This document shows, in pieces, positions 7,970 to 17,923 of a stretch of 64,000 bases of DNA. How positions within the stretch are numbered: the stretch's first letter is position 1; each line of letters starts with the position of its first letter. Location: positions 24,275 to 88,274 of the forward strand of contig JAKSPD010000006.1 of NCBI GenBank assembly GCA_024405115.1. The letters run 5' to 3'. Position numbers and translations under genes: made by a program. Source of the DNA: Lachnospiraceae bacterium (GTDB lineage: Bacteria > Bacillota > Clostridia > Lachnospirales > Lachnospiraceae). Below the pieces are notes generated by a model. The model had not been told where the DNA came from and did no database searches. It was given only the letters and a program-made list of their open reading frames with translations.

Positions 7970-8818
7970 TTACAGTTCCCCGATAAGTGCCGCACCCAGG
8001 ATAAGAACGGCACCGATTATGCCCCTTATGCTCATGGGCTCGCTTAAAAAGATGGCTGAAAGAATGAGCGCCGATACCGGGTCAATGTAGCTTAAGACTG
8101 CAACGGTCTGGGACTTTAAATTTTCCATCGACTTAAAGTAAAGAGCATATGCTATTCCAGTGTGCACGATACCCACGATTACTATCATGATTACCGCCGT
8201 TAAGTTGAGTGTTTTTCCGGGCATCATGAAATTACCGGTTAAAGCCAGGTAAGGAATAAGTACAATTGCAGCTGAACCAAGCTGAATGAATGTTTTCCCG
8301 TAGGAGTCATCCACGGGATTTTTTTTGTTGAGGAAAATCACTGCTGAATAGAAAAGTGCGGCCATGAGCCCGAACACTATGCCCTTTATGTCCGAAGCCC
8401 CGGCGCCGCCTTCTTCGGTTATTCCTGAAACAAGAACCATACCGAACACGGCTGCCGCTGCACAGAGAATCTTCTTTAAGGTAAGCTGCTCCTTAAGGAT
8501 GAGAGGCGAGAGCAGTATTACTATGGTGGGCTGCATGTAATAGCAGAGCGTGGCCGTTGCAACGGTAGTGTAATTATACGCTTCAAAAAGGAATATCCAG
8601 TTAACACCGATGGCCGCACCTGTAAGCACCAGAAGAGCCACCTTCTTTTTTCCGAAGTCAAGCCTTATGCCGCGTCTTATCAGAAGCAGGAAGGATGCTC
8701 CAAGTATGCCGCGCACGAAGCTTAAGGCGGCAGAAGAAAGCGGTATGTACCGCCTGAAAATGCCGATCGTGCCGAAGATCAGCATGGAACCTATTAACAT
8801 GAGATAATTCTTTTTCAT
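7970..8818 (-). CDS. DMT-superfamily (EamA-like) permease
   Basis: 282 aa with 10 predicted TM segments and the two-repeat EamA architecture. Confidence 0.7.
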   Translation of the reverse strand: MKKNYLMLIGSMLIFGTIGIFRRYIPLSSAALSFVRGILGASFLLLIRRGIRLDFGKKKVALLVLTGAAIGVNWIFLFEAYNYTTVATATLCYYMQPTIVILLSPLILKEQLTLKKILCAAAAVFGMVLVSGITEEGGAGASDIKGIVFGLMAALFYSAVIFLNKKNPVDDSYGKTFIQLGSAAIVLIPYLALTGNFMMPGKTLNLTAVIMIVIVGIVHTGIAYALYFKSMENLKSQTVAVLSYIDPVSALILSAIFLSEPMSIRGIIGAVLILGAALIGEL

Positions 8819-9075
8819 ATGTGTTCCTGTTATTTATCTTAAACCAGGCATCTTTGTACCGCAGGGTGGGGATGAGTGCCGTCTGTCCATCGGGGCATGG
8901 CCCGAAAAAACATTATCCTGCAAAGCCGTCGTTTTTTTTGTGTACGGATTTCAGTTTACAGCCTCTTTGGAAAAAAAGCAATAATTGGCAGAATAGAAAA
9001 GGATAATACGCACAGACGTGGCTTTAATGGGGAGTGCTTATAAGTTAAGATATTGATTAAAGGGAGGTGAGACAA

Positions 9076-9297
9076 ATGCTCATAAGTATTATTATAACAG
9101 TTCTTCTGTTTGCAGGAATCTTCAAACTTACGGGCTGGCTCCTTAGGATAGTTGGGAAGATCTTCGGAGCAGTGCTGGGAGTCATCGGATATACAATTTT
9201 AGGATTCCTCGCAATCGGGGCCTTCGGGCTCGCGATTATTGCATTGCCCATCATTTTGGTGGCAGGCATTGCGGCGGTACTGCTGCTTATAATATGA
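9076..9297 (+). CDS. Small hydrophobic membrane protein (hypothetical)
   Basis: 73 aa, two TM helices. Strong RBS AGGGAGGTG 7 nt before ATG 9076. Followed by a hairpin/T-run at about 9313-9350. Confidence 0.4.
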   Translation: MLISIIITVLLFAGIFKLTGWLLRIVGKIFGAVLGVIGYTILGFLAIGAFGLAIIALPIILVAGIAAVLLLII

Positions 9298-9426
9298 TGG
9301 AAAGAACATAAGTAAAGCCCCTCAGCAAACGCGCTGAGGAGCTTTCATTCTTATATTACGCTGAATACAGATATTTCAACAAAACACAGAGGAAAAATCT
9401 CTTCCTTTGTGTATGTGTAATAAGAA

Positions 9427-10176
9427 TCACTTCTGCAGCTTCTTTATCCTCTCCTTTGAGAACTCCGCCGCCTTGACCCATAAGGTCTTCAGCTGTTTTT
9501 TATGTGTGCAGAGCTTTTCAGTACAGTTCTGGCAGTGAAGGTATTCATTCGTGTTTTCGGAGAAACGTTCCGGATATTTATAGACGGCCACTTCCCAGCG
9601 GAGGAGTAACGCTACCGCAAGAATGAGAAGGCTCCATGAGAAAGCGCTCTTTACAAAGAAAAGCGGGGTGAACATCATGGCGTAGTCCCAGTTATATATG
9701 CGGCAGGTTCCGCAGCACTTGTTTTTCAAAAACCAGGTCTGGAAGGGACAGAAGAACAGGATGCATATCATGTCACATATTGAATAAGCGCATGATAACA
9801 GAATCATGAAGCCGTCATCAAGTATGTCGGACATTTTTAATAACCCTATCACCCCATTGAACATTATCCAGGTCAGGGCAACCAGCATGGTAGCGTGGTT
9901 ATCCTGCATGACAATGTCCGTGCGGCCGGTTTTTATGTAGTTTCTTGCGAACTGTTTCTGGCATCCGGGACTTTCAAGTCTGGAGGGGAAGAAACGGAAC
10001 AGCATTTCAACAACGAACACCACCCATATGACGCTCATGATAAGGGGGCGTGAACTGATTTCATCAAGTTTTCCGAATATGTATGCAAAAAAGGCCGCCA
10101 GAAAAAGCAGCGACCTGTAGATAAGTCTTATGTAGTGAAAAATGCTCACAGGAGTAAGATGTATTTTTTTATTCAT
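9427..10176 (-). CDS. Polytopic membrane protein with C-terminal Cys/His cluster (hypothetical; last gene of the MacB-like ABC operon)
   Basis: 249 aa with multiple TM helices, a CCGTC motif and a C-terminal HCQNCTEKLCTH motif. Start overlaps the stop of the FtsX permease gene (translational coupling). Confidence 0.45.
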   Translation of the reverse strand: MNKKIHLTPVSIFHYIRLIYRSLLFLAAFFAYIFGKLDEISSRPLIMSVIWVVFVVEMLFRFFPSRLESPGCQKQFARNYIKTGRTDIVMQDNHATMLVALTWIMFNGVIGLLKMSDILDDGFMILLSCAYSICDMICILFFCPFQTWFLKNKCCGTCRIYNWDYAMMFTPLFFVKSAFSWSLLILAVALLLRWEVAVYKYPERFSENTNEYLHCQNCTEKLCTHKKQLKTLWVKAAEFSKERIKKLQK

Positions 10177-11482
10177 TTCTTATTGCCTCGAGAGGGCTGA
10201 GATTCATTGCCTTTACCGAAGGCGCGAAGCCTGCCGCCATGGAGATTATTATTGCGAATCCCACAGCCGTGGGGCCGAGCCACATGGGGATGAGGGACAT
10301 GTTTCCTGACAGGCCCATGAAGGAAGCGGACATACCCAGGTTATTGACTATATACGAGAGCAGGTAGCTTAAGCCCACACCCAGGCTGCCGCCGATAAGT
10401 CCGATGAATCCTGACTCTATAAGGAACAGGTTTCTTATTTCTCCCATGTCACAGCCAAGAACCTTCATTATGCCTATCTCTTTTGTGCGCTCATAAATAC
10501 TCATCATCATCGTGTTCGCGATTCCGATGGCGGCAACCAGAAGGGATATTGCGCCGATACCGCCCAGGACGGCACGAATCATGTTGGTCTGTTCCTTGCT
10601 CTGGTTCAGCCACTCCATGTTCGATGAGGCATTATAGCCCATGTTTGTGATTTTCTGCTGGACGTCCACCACGTTATTCATGTTGTCGCAGTAAACATAG
10701 GCTTCATTATAAATAAAGTAGCCGTAGGGCTTGCCTTTCTTATTGGTAGGCTGTCCGGGTATGGGATCCTTCTTAAATATGGTCTTAAGCTGTGACTTAA
10801 GGGCATCAATGTCAGTGTAGATTGAATAAGCGTTCTGATTCCATGTCTCAAAATCGCCCTCAACAACACCCGCGACATTTATCAGGTATTTCTTCGGGCC
10901 GCTGTTGCCTGCTTCTTTTGAATTCTGTGCCTGGTAATATTTTGAGGTGTCGTAGATGATATAAAGTGGTTTGTCATAATCGACATCTGGTACGACACCG
11001 GATTCCCAGTAGTTTTCCCTGCTGTGCTCCTTGTTGAAGAAGATCTTGATCATGTTTCCCATGACGAGAGAAAGCTCACCTTCCTTTGGAATGGTTCCGC
11101 TTCCCAGGTCAATGGTCTCAAGATATCTGGTGGTCGTGCCGATAAGCTGTGTATCCGCCGTATAGCTTCCCTGTTTTAAGATGACATTCACTGAAAGGGT
11201 CGGTGACACAAACTCGACGTTCGGAAGCTTTTCAAACTGGGCAATGGTTTTGTCGGTAAGCTGCTTTGTATCATCGTTGTAAGGCGTTGACACATTTATC
11301 ATGTTCATTGAGCCGTAGGAGGCATACATGTCCTCCGTCATTTTTTCCATTCCGTACCCGAGGCTCAGCATGGTTACCACCGATGCGGTACCAATGACAA
11401 CGCCTAATACGGTAAGCAAAGTCCTGAGGCGGCGGCGCCTCAGGCTTTTCAGGCTTTGAATGAACATGTCAGAAATTCTCAT
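10169..11482 (-). CDS. ABC transporter permease, FtsX/MacB family
   Basis: 437 aa. N-terminal TM (LRTLLTVLGVVIGTASVV), large extracytoplasmic domain, and a C-terminal FtsX-like 3-TM bundle. Confidence 0.85.
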   Translation of the reverse strand: MRISDMFIQSLKSLRRRRLRTLLTVLGVVIGTASVVTMLSLGYGMEKMTEDMYASYGSMNMINVSTPYNDDTKQLTDKTIAQFEKLPNVEFVSPTLSVNVILKQGSYTADTQLIGTTTRYLETIDLGSGTIPKEGELSLVMGNMIKIFFNKEHSRENYWESGVVPDVDYDKPLYIIYDTSKYYQAQNSKEAGNSGPKKYLINVAGVVEGDFETWNQNAYSIYTDIDALKSQLKTIFKKDPIPGQPTNKKGKPYGYFIYNEAYVYCDNMNNVVDVQQKITNMGYNASSNMEWLNQSKEQTNMIRAVLGGIGAISLLVAAIGIANTMMMSIYERTKEIGIMKVLGCDMGEIRNLFLIESGFIGLIGGSLGVGLSYLLSYIVNNLGMSASFMGLSGNMSLIPMWLGPTAVGFAIIISMAAGFAPSVKAMNLSPLEAIRNE

Positions 11483-13263
11483 CAGAGCTTTTCCCCTGCT
11501 AAAGCTTTCTTTTTCTTAACGCTCTTTACTATAGCGGTAATTATGATTATAAGGAAGACACCGGCGACTGCCGCTGCGGGAATGAACCATTTCTTTTTGT
11601 AGAAGGGCGGTTCAGGTTCGGGTTGTGGCTCAGGGATGTACTCAAAAATTTCATCGGCGGGAGCCTCATAAACATAGAAGGTTACTGTCTTTTCCCCGGT
11701 CGTTATCTCACCGTATTCGTCCTCATAGGAAACCAGCACGTTGACCGTACCGTCATCCTCAGTTGCCGCTATTCCTTTCAGCATCGTGTCAACGTTTGCG
11801 GATTCTCCCGGCTTGATGTTTCCAAGATAAATCTCTGAGTTATTGATTGAATCCGCCTCGAAGCGGACGGTGGTGTTGTAGAGGATGGTCTTTCCGGTGT
11901 TGTTGACGGGGAACATGACGTTGATCTCGCTGCCCACTTCAATGCTTTCAGGAAGAAGCTCAATGTTTCCGATTCCGAATTTTGATATGGCCTTGACGGG
12001 AATGTCGATGGAAACCTTTTCCTCAGCATTTTTGAATTCAGGAGAATCATACTTTTCGCTGATGTTCACTCCGTATGCACCCGGGTCGATGCCGGCCTTG
12101 GCGGAAAAATACATGCGGAGTTCTGCTGACTCACCGCCCTTCAGGGAGTTGACGACAGTTGAACTTGAACCTGTCTGTGTGGTAAATGCAGGAGAGTTAT
12201 TGACCTTTTCGGATTCAAATGTGAAAAGGATGTTTGAGGCCTCCACGTCGGCGGAAGCATTTTTCATTGTGATCACAAGCTCAAAATCCTGACCCGCATA
12301 GATCACCTCCGGATTTGTACGGAAGCTGTCCACTACTATACGTGCCTTGACACGGTCGTTTGCATTGAAGGCACTTGAAGTGCTGGGCTCTTCCTTTTCC
12401 TTTCCCTTTATATGTACAAAGAACTGCTGTTCGGATGTGAGGATTTCGCCCTCGCTCGACTCCCTGTAGGTGATCTTTACCTTGATGGGGTAGTAGCCGC
12501 TGTAGGTATCCTTTCTGATTGCAAAGCTGTAGGGAAGCTGTACGGTCTCACCGCTCTGGATAAGGTCAAAGTGACGGTCGTAATTGGTTTCGTTTATCTC
12601 AAACGGGAAATCTGTTGATGACTGTTCGCATATCATGGACGCCTTTACGTCCTGGGCACCGATTGTGCCGGAATTGCGGAGGTTGATTGCAAAGTCCATC
12701 ACGTTCGGATATACGCCGTAAGGTGTGAGCTGTCCCTCACCAAGTTCAAATGTAACGCGGCTCTGGGGAGCTGTGGTCTCATGTTCACCGCCACCGGAAG
12801 ATTTTTTTACATAGATCTTGATGTATGTGGGATATCCGCTGTATTCGGGTTCATTACTTATGAACACAGGAACTTTATAGTAGCCTTCCGTAATGTCACG
12901 GCGAAGCCTCATCGTAACGCTTGCCTGATGTGTGCCTTTCCTCAGTTTTCCTATCTTTACAACTGTGTTTTTTTCGGACGGAGTTTCAAACGGGAAGATT
13001 CCATACAGCACCTCATCATCAAAATACTGGTCATCATATGCACTTCCAACCTGAATTCCTGCATAATACTCTAAATCTGATGAAGCATCATTTTCCGTGA
13101 CCTCGTACTGGAAGGTCACTGACATGTTCTGCCCCATATTTCCTGTCTGTATGGATTTCTGCGTTATTTCAATGGCAAATGCCGAAAAAGAGCACGCTGC
13201 CACGATCACGGCCGTGTAAAGGGAAGCCATTAATAGCTTTGCGTTTTTAGTCATCCTTTGCAA
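11482..13263 (-). CDS. Membrane-anchored extracellular repeat protein (CARDB/DUF11-like beta-sandwich repeats) associated with the MacB-type ABC system
   Basis: 593 aa. Signal peptide (AACSFSAFA). Repeated roughly 100-aa beta-rich modules. PEPQPEPEPP linker, then a C-terminal TM anchor and KKKK tail. Coupled to the flanking permease and ATPase genes. Confidence 0.5.
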   Translation of the reverse strand: MQRMTKNAKLLMASLYTAVIVAACSFSAFAIEITQKSIQTGNMGQNMSVTFQYEVTENDASSDLEYYAGIQVGSAYDDQYFDDEVLYGIFPFETPSEKNTVVKIGKLRKGTHQASVTMRLRRDITEGYYKVPVFISNEPEYSGYPTYIKIYVKKSSGGGEHETTAPQSRVTFELGEGQLTPYGVYPNVMDFAINLRNSGTIGAQDVKASMICEQSSTDFPFEINETNYDRHFDLIQSGETVQLPYSFAIRKDTYSGYYPIKVKITYRESSEGEILTSEQQFFVHIKGKEKEEPSTSSAFNANDRVKARIVVDSFRTNPEVIYAGQDFELVITMKNASADVEASNILFTFESEKVNNSPAFTTQTGSSSTVVNSLKGGESAELRMYFSAKAGIDPGAYGVNISEKYDSPEFKNAEEKVSIDIPVKAISKFGIGNIELLPESIEVGSEINVMFPVNNTGKTILYNTTVRFEADSINNSEIYLGNIKPGESANVDTMLKGIAATEDDGTVNVLVSYEDEYGEITTGEKTVTFYVYEAPADEIFEYIPEPQPEPEPPFYKKKWFIPAAAVAGVFLIIIITAIVKSVKKKKALAGEKL

Positions 13264-13269
13264 CTCCTT

Positions 13270-13959
13270 TTAAACTATATCAACTCCGGATTCCACTATC
13301 TTTCCGTCAACTATCGTTATCTGCCTGTCAGCCGTTTTGGCTATTGCCGGGCTGTGTGTAACCATGATGAGCGTTTTCTGATTTTCCGCGCACACGTCCT
13401 TTAGAAGCTTAAGGACTTCCGCGGAGGTCTTTGTGTCAAGGTTACCGGTGGGTTCATCCGCGAAGATGATCTTCGGGTCCCCGGTGAGGGCCCTTGCTAT
13501 ACCCACTCTCTGCTGCTGGCCTCCGCTCATGGCGTTTCCGAGGTTTTTCATTGAATCCTCAAGTCCCACGAGCTTAAGATACTTGATTGCCTCAGCCTCG
13601 CGGGCTTTTTTGGGCACGCCTTTAAACATGAGGGGCAGAGCCACGTTTTCAATTGCGTTCATTGTGGGGATCAGGTTATAGCTCTGAAAGATGAATCCCA
13701 CGTTTCTTCTCCGGAATCCCACGAGGTCATTTTCGCTCATTCCCTCTATGTGCCTTCCGCCGATGATTATTTCACCCTTTGTGGGTGACTCCAGGCCTGC
13801 AAGCATGTTAAGGAGCGTGGACTTACCGGAACCTGAAGGACCTATAATTGCCACGAACTCGCCTTTTTCAATGCTAAAAGAGACACCGTTAAGTGCCTTT
13901 ACCACCGTTTTGCCGGCCTTATAAAATTTGTACAGGTCATGAACCTCTATAACGCTCAT
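13270..13959 (-). CDS. ABC transporter ATP-binding protein (MacB/LolD-like)
   Basis: Walker [11 protein letters not shown]-loop, signature LSGGQQQR, Walker [13 protein letters not shown]. Start set at ATG 13959 (MSVIEVHDL...). The longer TTG-start extension has no RBS. A TATAAT lies about 10 nt upstream, so the mRNA may be leaderless or have a very short leader. Confidence 0.85.
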   Translation of the reverse strand: MSVIEVHDLYKFYKAGKTVVKALNGVSFSIEKGEFVAIIGPSGSGKSTLLNMLAGLESPTKGEIIIGGRHIEGMSENDLVGFRRRNVGFIFQSYNLIPTMNAIENVALPLMFKGVPKKAREAEAIKYLKLVGLEDSMKNLGNAMSGGQQQRVGIARALTGDPKIIFADEPTGNLDTKTSAEVLKLLKDVCAENQKTLIMVTHSPAIAKTADRQITIVDGKIVESGVDIV

Positions 13960-14145
13960 AGATAATCTAATTATACACAAAGAATATCAATATAGGAATT
14001 ACATTTTTCTTTCTATATGGGTATAAAAAAGTTTTCCATATATAAGGTCCCGGAGGGAAACGGCTTCTTAAACCCCGGGTTTAGTGACATGCCGCACTAT
14101 ATGGGGTATACTTGTGACATATTTGATGAGGAGGTGGGACACATC

Positions 14146-14661
14146 ATGAAGGTTACATCGGCGTTAGCCAACAAGAAGATAAAACAGCTCGAAGAGGAAA
14201 AGTCATACTGGATATCAGTTGAGAGAGATTCGCGCACATACACCGCTGCCATTGGAGAGGAGCCGGTCGTTCCCGAGTACGATTACAGGATGGTTTCGGA
14301 AACCATTGACAGTATCGACAGGAAGATAGTGGCGTTACGTCACGCCATAAACCGTGCAAATTGCGAAAACAGCGTGGAAACCGCTGAAGGTATGCTTACC
14401 ATCGACGCACTCCTTGTAAGGATGGCACAGCTTAACCAGCGTAAGACTACGCTCGACGGGATGCGCAAAACGCTTCCGAAGGAAAGGCTTGGTTCAACCG
14501 CATCATGGGGAAACATAAGCAAGGCTCCCGAATACTGCTATGCAAACTATGACATTGAGCTTGCAAAGGCTGACTATGAGAAGATAAACGAAATGATACT
14601 TTCGATGCAGCTGGCACTCGATAAGTATAACCAGACCTTTGAGTTTGAGATTGGGCTTTAA
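14146..14661 (+). CDS. Hypothetical coiled-coil protein
   Basis: 171 aa from ATG 14146 with RBS GAGGAGGTG. Predicted helical/coiled-coil with no recognisable catalytic motif. Divergent from the ABC operon. Confidence 0.4.
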   Translation: MKVTSALANKKIKQLEEEKSYWISVERDSRTYTAAIGEEPVVPEYDYRMVSETIDSIDRKIVALRHAINRANCENSVETAEGMLTIDALLVRMAQLNQRKTTLDGMRKTLPKERLGSTASWGNISKAPEYCYANYDIELAKADYEKINEMILSMQLALDKYNQTFEFEIGL

Positions 14662-14882
14662 TTAAATAGCAGGGCCTTTTTAGGCCCCGCGACATCTTTC
14701 CGGACAGAAAGACGGATTTTTATACTTGCCGGAAACGGTTACTGTTTAGTGTGAATGATTATTTTTTATAGGTTATTTACCATCGTCAGTGTTTAAAGTT
14801 ACTGATCACATATAAGGATATCATTTTACTCTGTCTTTCTGTCGAAAACCTTCATGGCCAGGTTCGGTTTGAAGCCGTGGGG

Positions 14883-14910
14883 CTGCCACCTTCGGGTGGC
14901 AGTTTTTTTA
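14883..14910 (+). terminator. Intrinsic terminator (orphan; about 220 bp downstream of the 14146-14661 gene)
   Basis: Stem CTGCCACC-TTCG-GGTGGCAG followed by TTTTTTT. Confidence 0.6.
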
Positions 14911-14946
14911 TTCATAAACGGACTCTGCCACAATAACCGTATTTTG

Positions 14947-15485
14947 TCACATTAACCGACTTCCGGACGATGGATGCCCGGCAAGGATGAACGGTCTTCC
15001 ATTATTGCAGTGCTTAAAATAATAGTCGATTGCTGCCGTGGCATCCTGTTCCACGGCATATTTGAACAGTTCGTCATTTTCCTCATCCGAAAGCTTCAGG
15101 GCATAGGTTGCATCGAGCTGGCGGCAGAATGGGGCGTATATGTTGCAGCTATCGGCGAAAGCCGTGGCCTGCTTTTCAAATGCAGCCTTTGAAAGGCTTC
15201 TCATGCCCGCATCCCCGATATCCGAAACAACCTCCCCGCTTCCTTTATCCGGGGAATATACCGTGGGATAAAAGTATATGAGGTCAACCTCTTTGTTTCC
15301 GGGAGGGAAAGCCGGTTGTCAGTGCTGCCGTAATCTGTCTTATCGTTCCACTTTTCACTTCCGGGAGTGTTTTTGACAATCTCAGGAACCTTGCCGCCTG
15401 CTTTCCTGCAGGAGCCGCAGCACAGCATCATCAGAAAACAGAGTACAATTATAAATGTCTTTTTCACGGGGTCTACACCCCCCAA
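14947..15485 (-). pseudogene. Frameshifted, 3'-truncated remnant of a DUF3089-like alpha/beta-hydrolase lipoprotein
   Basis: Upstream ORF (15201-15485) encodes a signal peptide with lipobox LCCGSC. A -1 frame change in the G/C homopolymer region around 15300 continues into the 14947-15204 frame (GNKEVDLIYFYPTVYSP...FILAGH). It stops right at the expected GHSxG nucleophile-elbow region. The two ORFs abut with ATGA overlap. Confidence 0.5.
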
Positions 15486-15495
15486 AGCCGTCTGA

Positions 15496-17673
15496 TTACT
15501 GAATCCATACTCCGTCCGTACCTACCCTGTAGCCGTCAGGTGTAACGGTGTTTCTCAAAAGCGCACCCATGGTTCCGCTTCCTGCGGCAGCGGAGAAATA
15601 ATACCACCTGCCGTCTATGAACTGCCAGCCTGTGAGCATCATTCCCTTTGTGTTGTCAGACTGCGGTTCCAGATAGTACCTGTTTCCGTCAGGAGCGTCA
15701 AACCAGCCGGCAAGCATCTTTCCGCCTGCATCAAAGCGGAACCATCCAGCCTTCGGCTGGCTTCCTTTTGCGTACGGGTTGTAAATGTATGCCCAGCTGT
15801 CTGTCAGCGTCTTTCCGTTTGTTCCGGTAAATGTCCAGCTTCCATCCGCATCCAGTGTCCAGGTTCCGGTGAGGGCTCCTGAAGGTACATCGTTGCTGTA
15901 TGAACTGTCGTCATCATCGCCAGGAATTACCGGATCCGGGTCTGAGCTGAAATCATAGTTGAATTCATCATCAATATATTCCTCTTCATTAGGATCGTTA
16001 TACTTTGCTACGAGGACATACCAGGTATCCTTTCCTTCTTTTGTCCATTTTCCGTGAATAATGGTGCTTTCATAGTGGATGGCATAATAGGAATATTTCT
16101 TGAAGTCCCAGATTTCCATGTAGCGGCCCAGCTCAATGGGACTTTCCTCGAATTTATTGACATTACTGATGCCATGGCCGACAAGCTCATAGTCGTGATC
16201 GACAACGTAGCTGTGTGTCTTGATTTCAAAAGGATATGTATTATCGGTCCTCTTAAACAGGAACCGGCTGTCTTTAGTAAAATGCTTGCTGTTATCGAGG
16301 CTTAAGTTACCGATGTTCTTATCAAAGAACAGTGTCTTCAGGTCAGGGCTGTTATATGTGCCGGCCGCCTCAAGGATTGACTCATAGTCAGAGCCTGAAA
16401 GGAGCTCATAGTTTTTTCCGTCAGATGTATATGTCCAGAACGGATTCCAGAAAGATTCTGTCAGCTTTTTGTCCACAAATCCCCGTGATTTTTTGAACTT
16501 CCAGCCACCAAGTTCATTCTGATGTATGGTCTTCTCGTCATCCCAGGAATAGATTTCCTCCGGCCTCTGATGGGTGATGGCCACCGGCATGAGCTTTATC
16601 TCGTGTCCCGGTACCCAGAAATAACGGTACGGCTTTTCGCTGGGACGCTGCTCCTTTAGAAGCTTGTCCATTCCCACTTTCTTGTACGGCTCTTCATCTG
16701 ATCCCTGTAACTGGGACTGAAGCTCACGTATACGTGTTTCAACACTTATCGGGTCAACATGATTATCATTACACCACTTTACCCTGGCTTCAAGGGACAG
16801 CCTTTCAATTACTGCAACACTTAAGTAATAGCCTACGACGAGGTCCTGGAAATTTTCAAGGGCCTCATCCGCCTGATGCTCAAACATGACCTGCTCACGC
16901 ATGTAATCCCGGTAAACCTGAAGCAGGTTTCCGCTGTGTGTCTTATTGTCTGTCAGGTCATATGTATATTCCGTTACCAGAAGTGCATAAATCTTCTGGC
17001 AGTATTTATCGATTTCTGCGTCGCCGGAGGCTTTTTCCGCATCTGACATACCGGAGGTCAGTGCAGTGATCATTTTTTCCTCACGTTCTTCCGGGGTATA
17101 TGTCGTATTTTTTTGGATTTCCGTTACCATCTGGTAATAGTTTTTATAAGTTACATCATCATTGTAGGCAGTGAGGAAATCATTTATTATCTTCTGAAGT
17201 GATGCATCGGTGATCATTTTCTCAACCACCTCGATTTCATGCTTCATCTCTTCCTGGTTTTTCAGTACCTCATCCAGCTTTTTATTGATTTCCTTTGAAG
17301 CCGCATCTCCACCGAAAAGGGCCTCCAGCACCTTGTTTGTTGAAAAGTCAATGGCCGAACCTGCGACATGTTCAACTATCAGTTTAAGGCCGGCAATTAT
17401 AAGGTCGTCAATGGGATCCTTTACTTCAGCCGCATTAAGTAGCGAAACGCCTTCAGATGTTTCATCCAGAGGATCGATTTCCATAGTTTCTTCAACCGTT
17501 TCTGTTTCCATCTGATCGGTTATCCCAAATCCCGCATCAGGAAGGAATTCTGCCTCTTCAATCTGGATATCAGGTGCTTCTTCGGCAAATGAAAGCATCG
17601 GTGCAACCGGTATGCTGGTGCCAAAGACTGCAACGGCGATAACTGCCGATAACATTTTTTTCCAGTTACTCAT
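15496..17673 (-). CDS. Secreted cell-wall-binding-repeat protein (choline/glucan-binding CW_binding_1 repeats) with N-terminal domain of unknown function
   Basis: 725 aa from ATG 17673 (RBS AGAAGG). Signal peptide MSNWKKMLSAVIAVAVFG...FAEE. The C-terminal about 150 aa carry GW..DG.WYY repeats (GWFRFDAGGKMLAGWFDAPDGNRYYL..., GWQFIDGRWYYF). Confidence 0.6.
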   Translation of the reverse strand: MSNWKKMLSAVIAVAVFGTSIPVAPMLSFAEEAPDIQIEEAEFLPDAGFGITDQMETETVEETMEIDPLDETSEGVSLLNAAEVKDPIDDLIIAGLKLIVEHVAGSAIDFSTNKVLEALFGGDAASKEINKKLDEVLKNQEEMKHEIEVVEKMITDASLQKIINDFLTAYNDDVTYKNYYQMVTEIQKNTTYTPEEREEKMITALTSGMSDAEKASGDAEIDKYCQKIYALLVTEYTYDLTDNKTHSGNLLQVYRDYMREQVMFEHQADEALENFQDLVVGYYLSVAVIERLSLEARVKWCNDNHVDPISVETRIRELQSQLQGSDEEPYKKVGMDKLLKEQRPSEKPYRYFWVPGHEIKLMPVAITHQRPEEIYSWDDEKTIHQNELGGWKFKKSRGFVDKKLTESFWNPFWTYTSDGKNYELLSGSDYESILEAAGTYNSPDLKTLFFDKNIGNLSLDNSKHFTKDSRFLFKRTDNTYPFEIKTHSYVVDHDYELVGHGISNVNKFEESPIELGRYMEIWDFKKYSYYAIHYESTIIHGKWTKEGKDTWYVLVAKYNDPNEEEYIDDEFNYDFSSDPDPVIPGDDDDSSYSNDVPSGALTGTWTLDADGSWTFTGTNGKTLTDSWAYIYNPYAKGSQPKAGWFRFDAGGKMLAGWFDAPDGNRYYLEPQSDNTKGMMLTGWQFIDGRWYYFSAAAGSGTMGALLRNTVTPDGYRVGTDGVWIQ

Positions 17674-17811
17674 TTTTAAACCTTCTTTTCTGACTATTGA
17701 ATATATTAATATAATGTACATTTTTTAATACATTTATTATATATATTATTAAATGTTAAAACAATGCCTTGTCAGTATTTTGTTGTATAAAAAATGCACG
17801 GACATATTACA

Positions 17812-17843
17812 GACATTAAAAGACCGCAGCTTAAACTGCGGTC
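17812..17843 (-). terminator. Intrinsic terminator downstream of cysK
   Basis: On the minus strand: hairpin GACCGCAG-TTTAAG-CTGCGGTC followed by a U-run (plus-strand A-run at 17814-17821). Confidence 0.55.
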
Positions 17844-17923
17844 CATGTATATTAAGAGTGTTTTCTGATGCGACAGGGAAGCCTGCAAGCCGGATGCATG
17901 CGGTCCCCATATATAAAAATGTT

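Noticed and set aside
13960-13980. TTG-initiated N-terminal extension (MCIIRLS…) of the ABC ATPase
   Set aside because: No Shine-Dalgarno sequence precedes the TTG. The conserved ABC N-terminus begins at MSVIEVHDL (ATG 13959), which is preceded by a TATAAT box.
15201-15204. Interpretation of the two abutting minus-strand ORFs as two translationally coupled genes
   Set aside because: Homology to one protein family (the DUF3089-like block) continues across the frame change. The upstream ORF's C-terminal 25 residues look like out-of-frame translation (Arg/Ile-rich). A single frameshifted gene is the better explanation.
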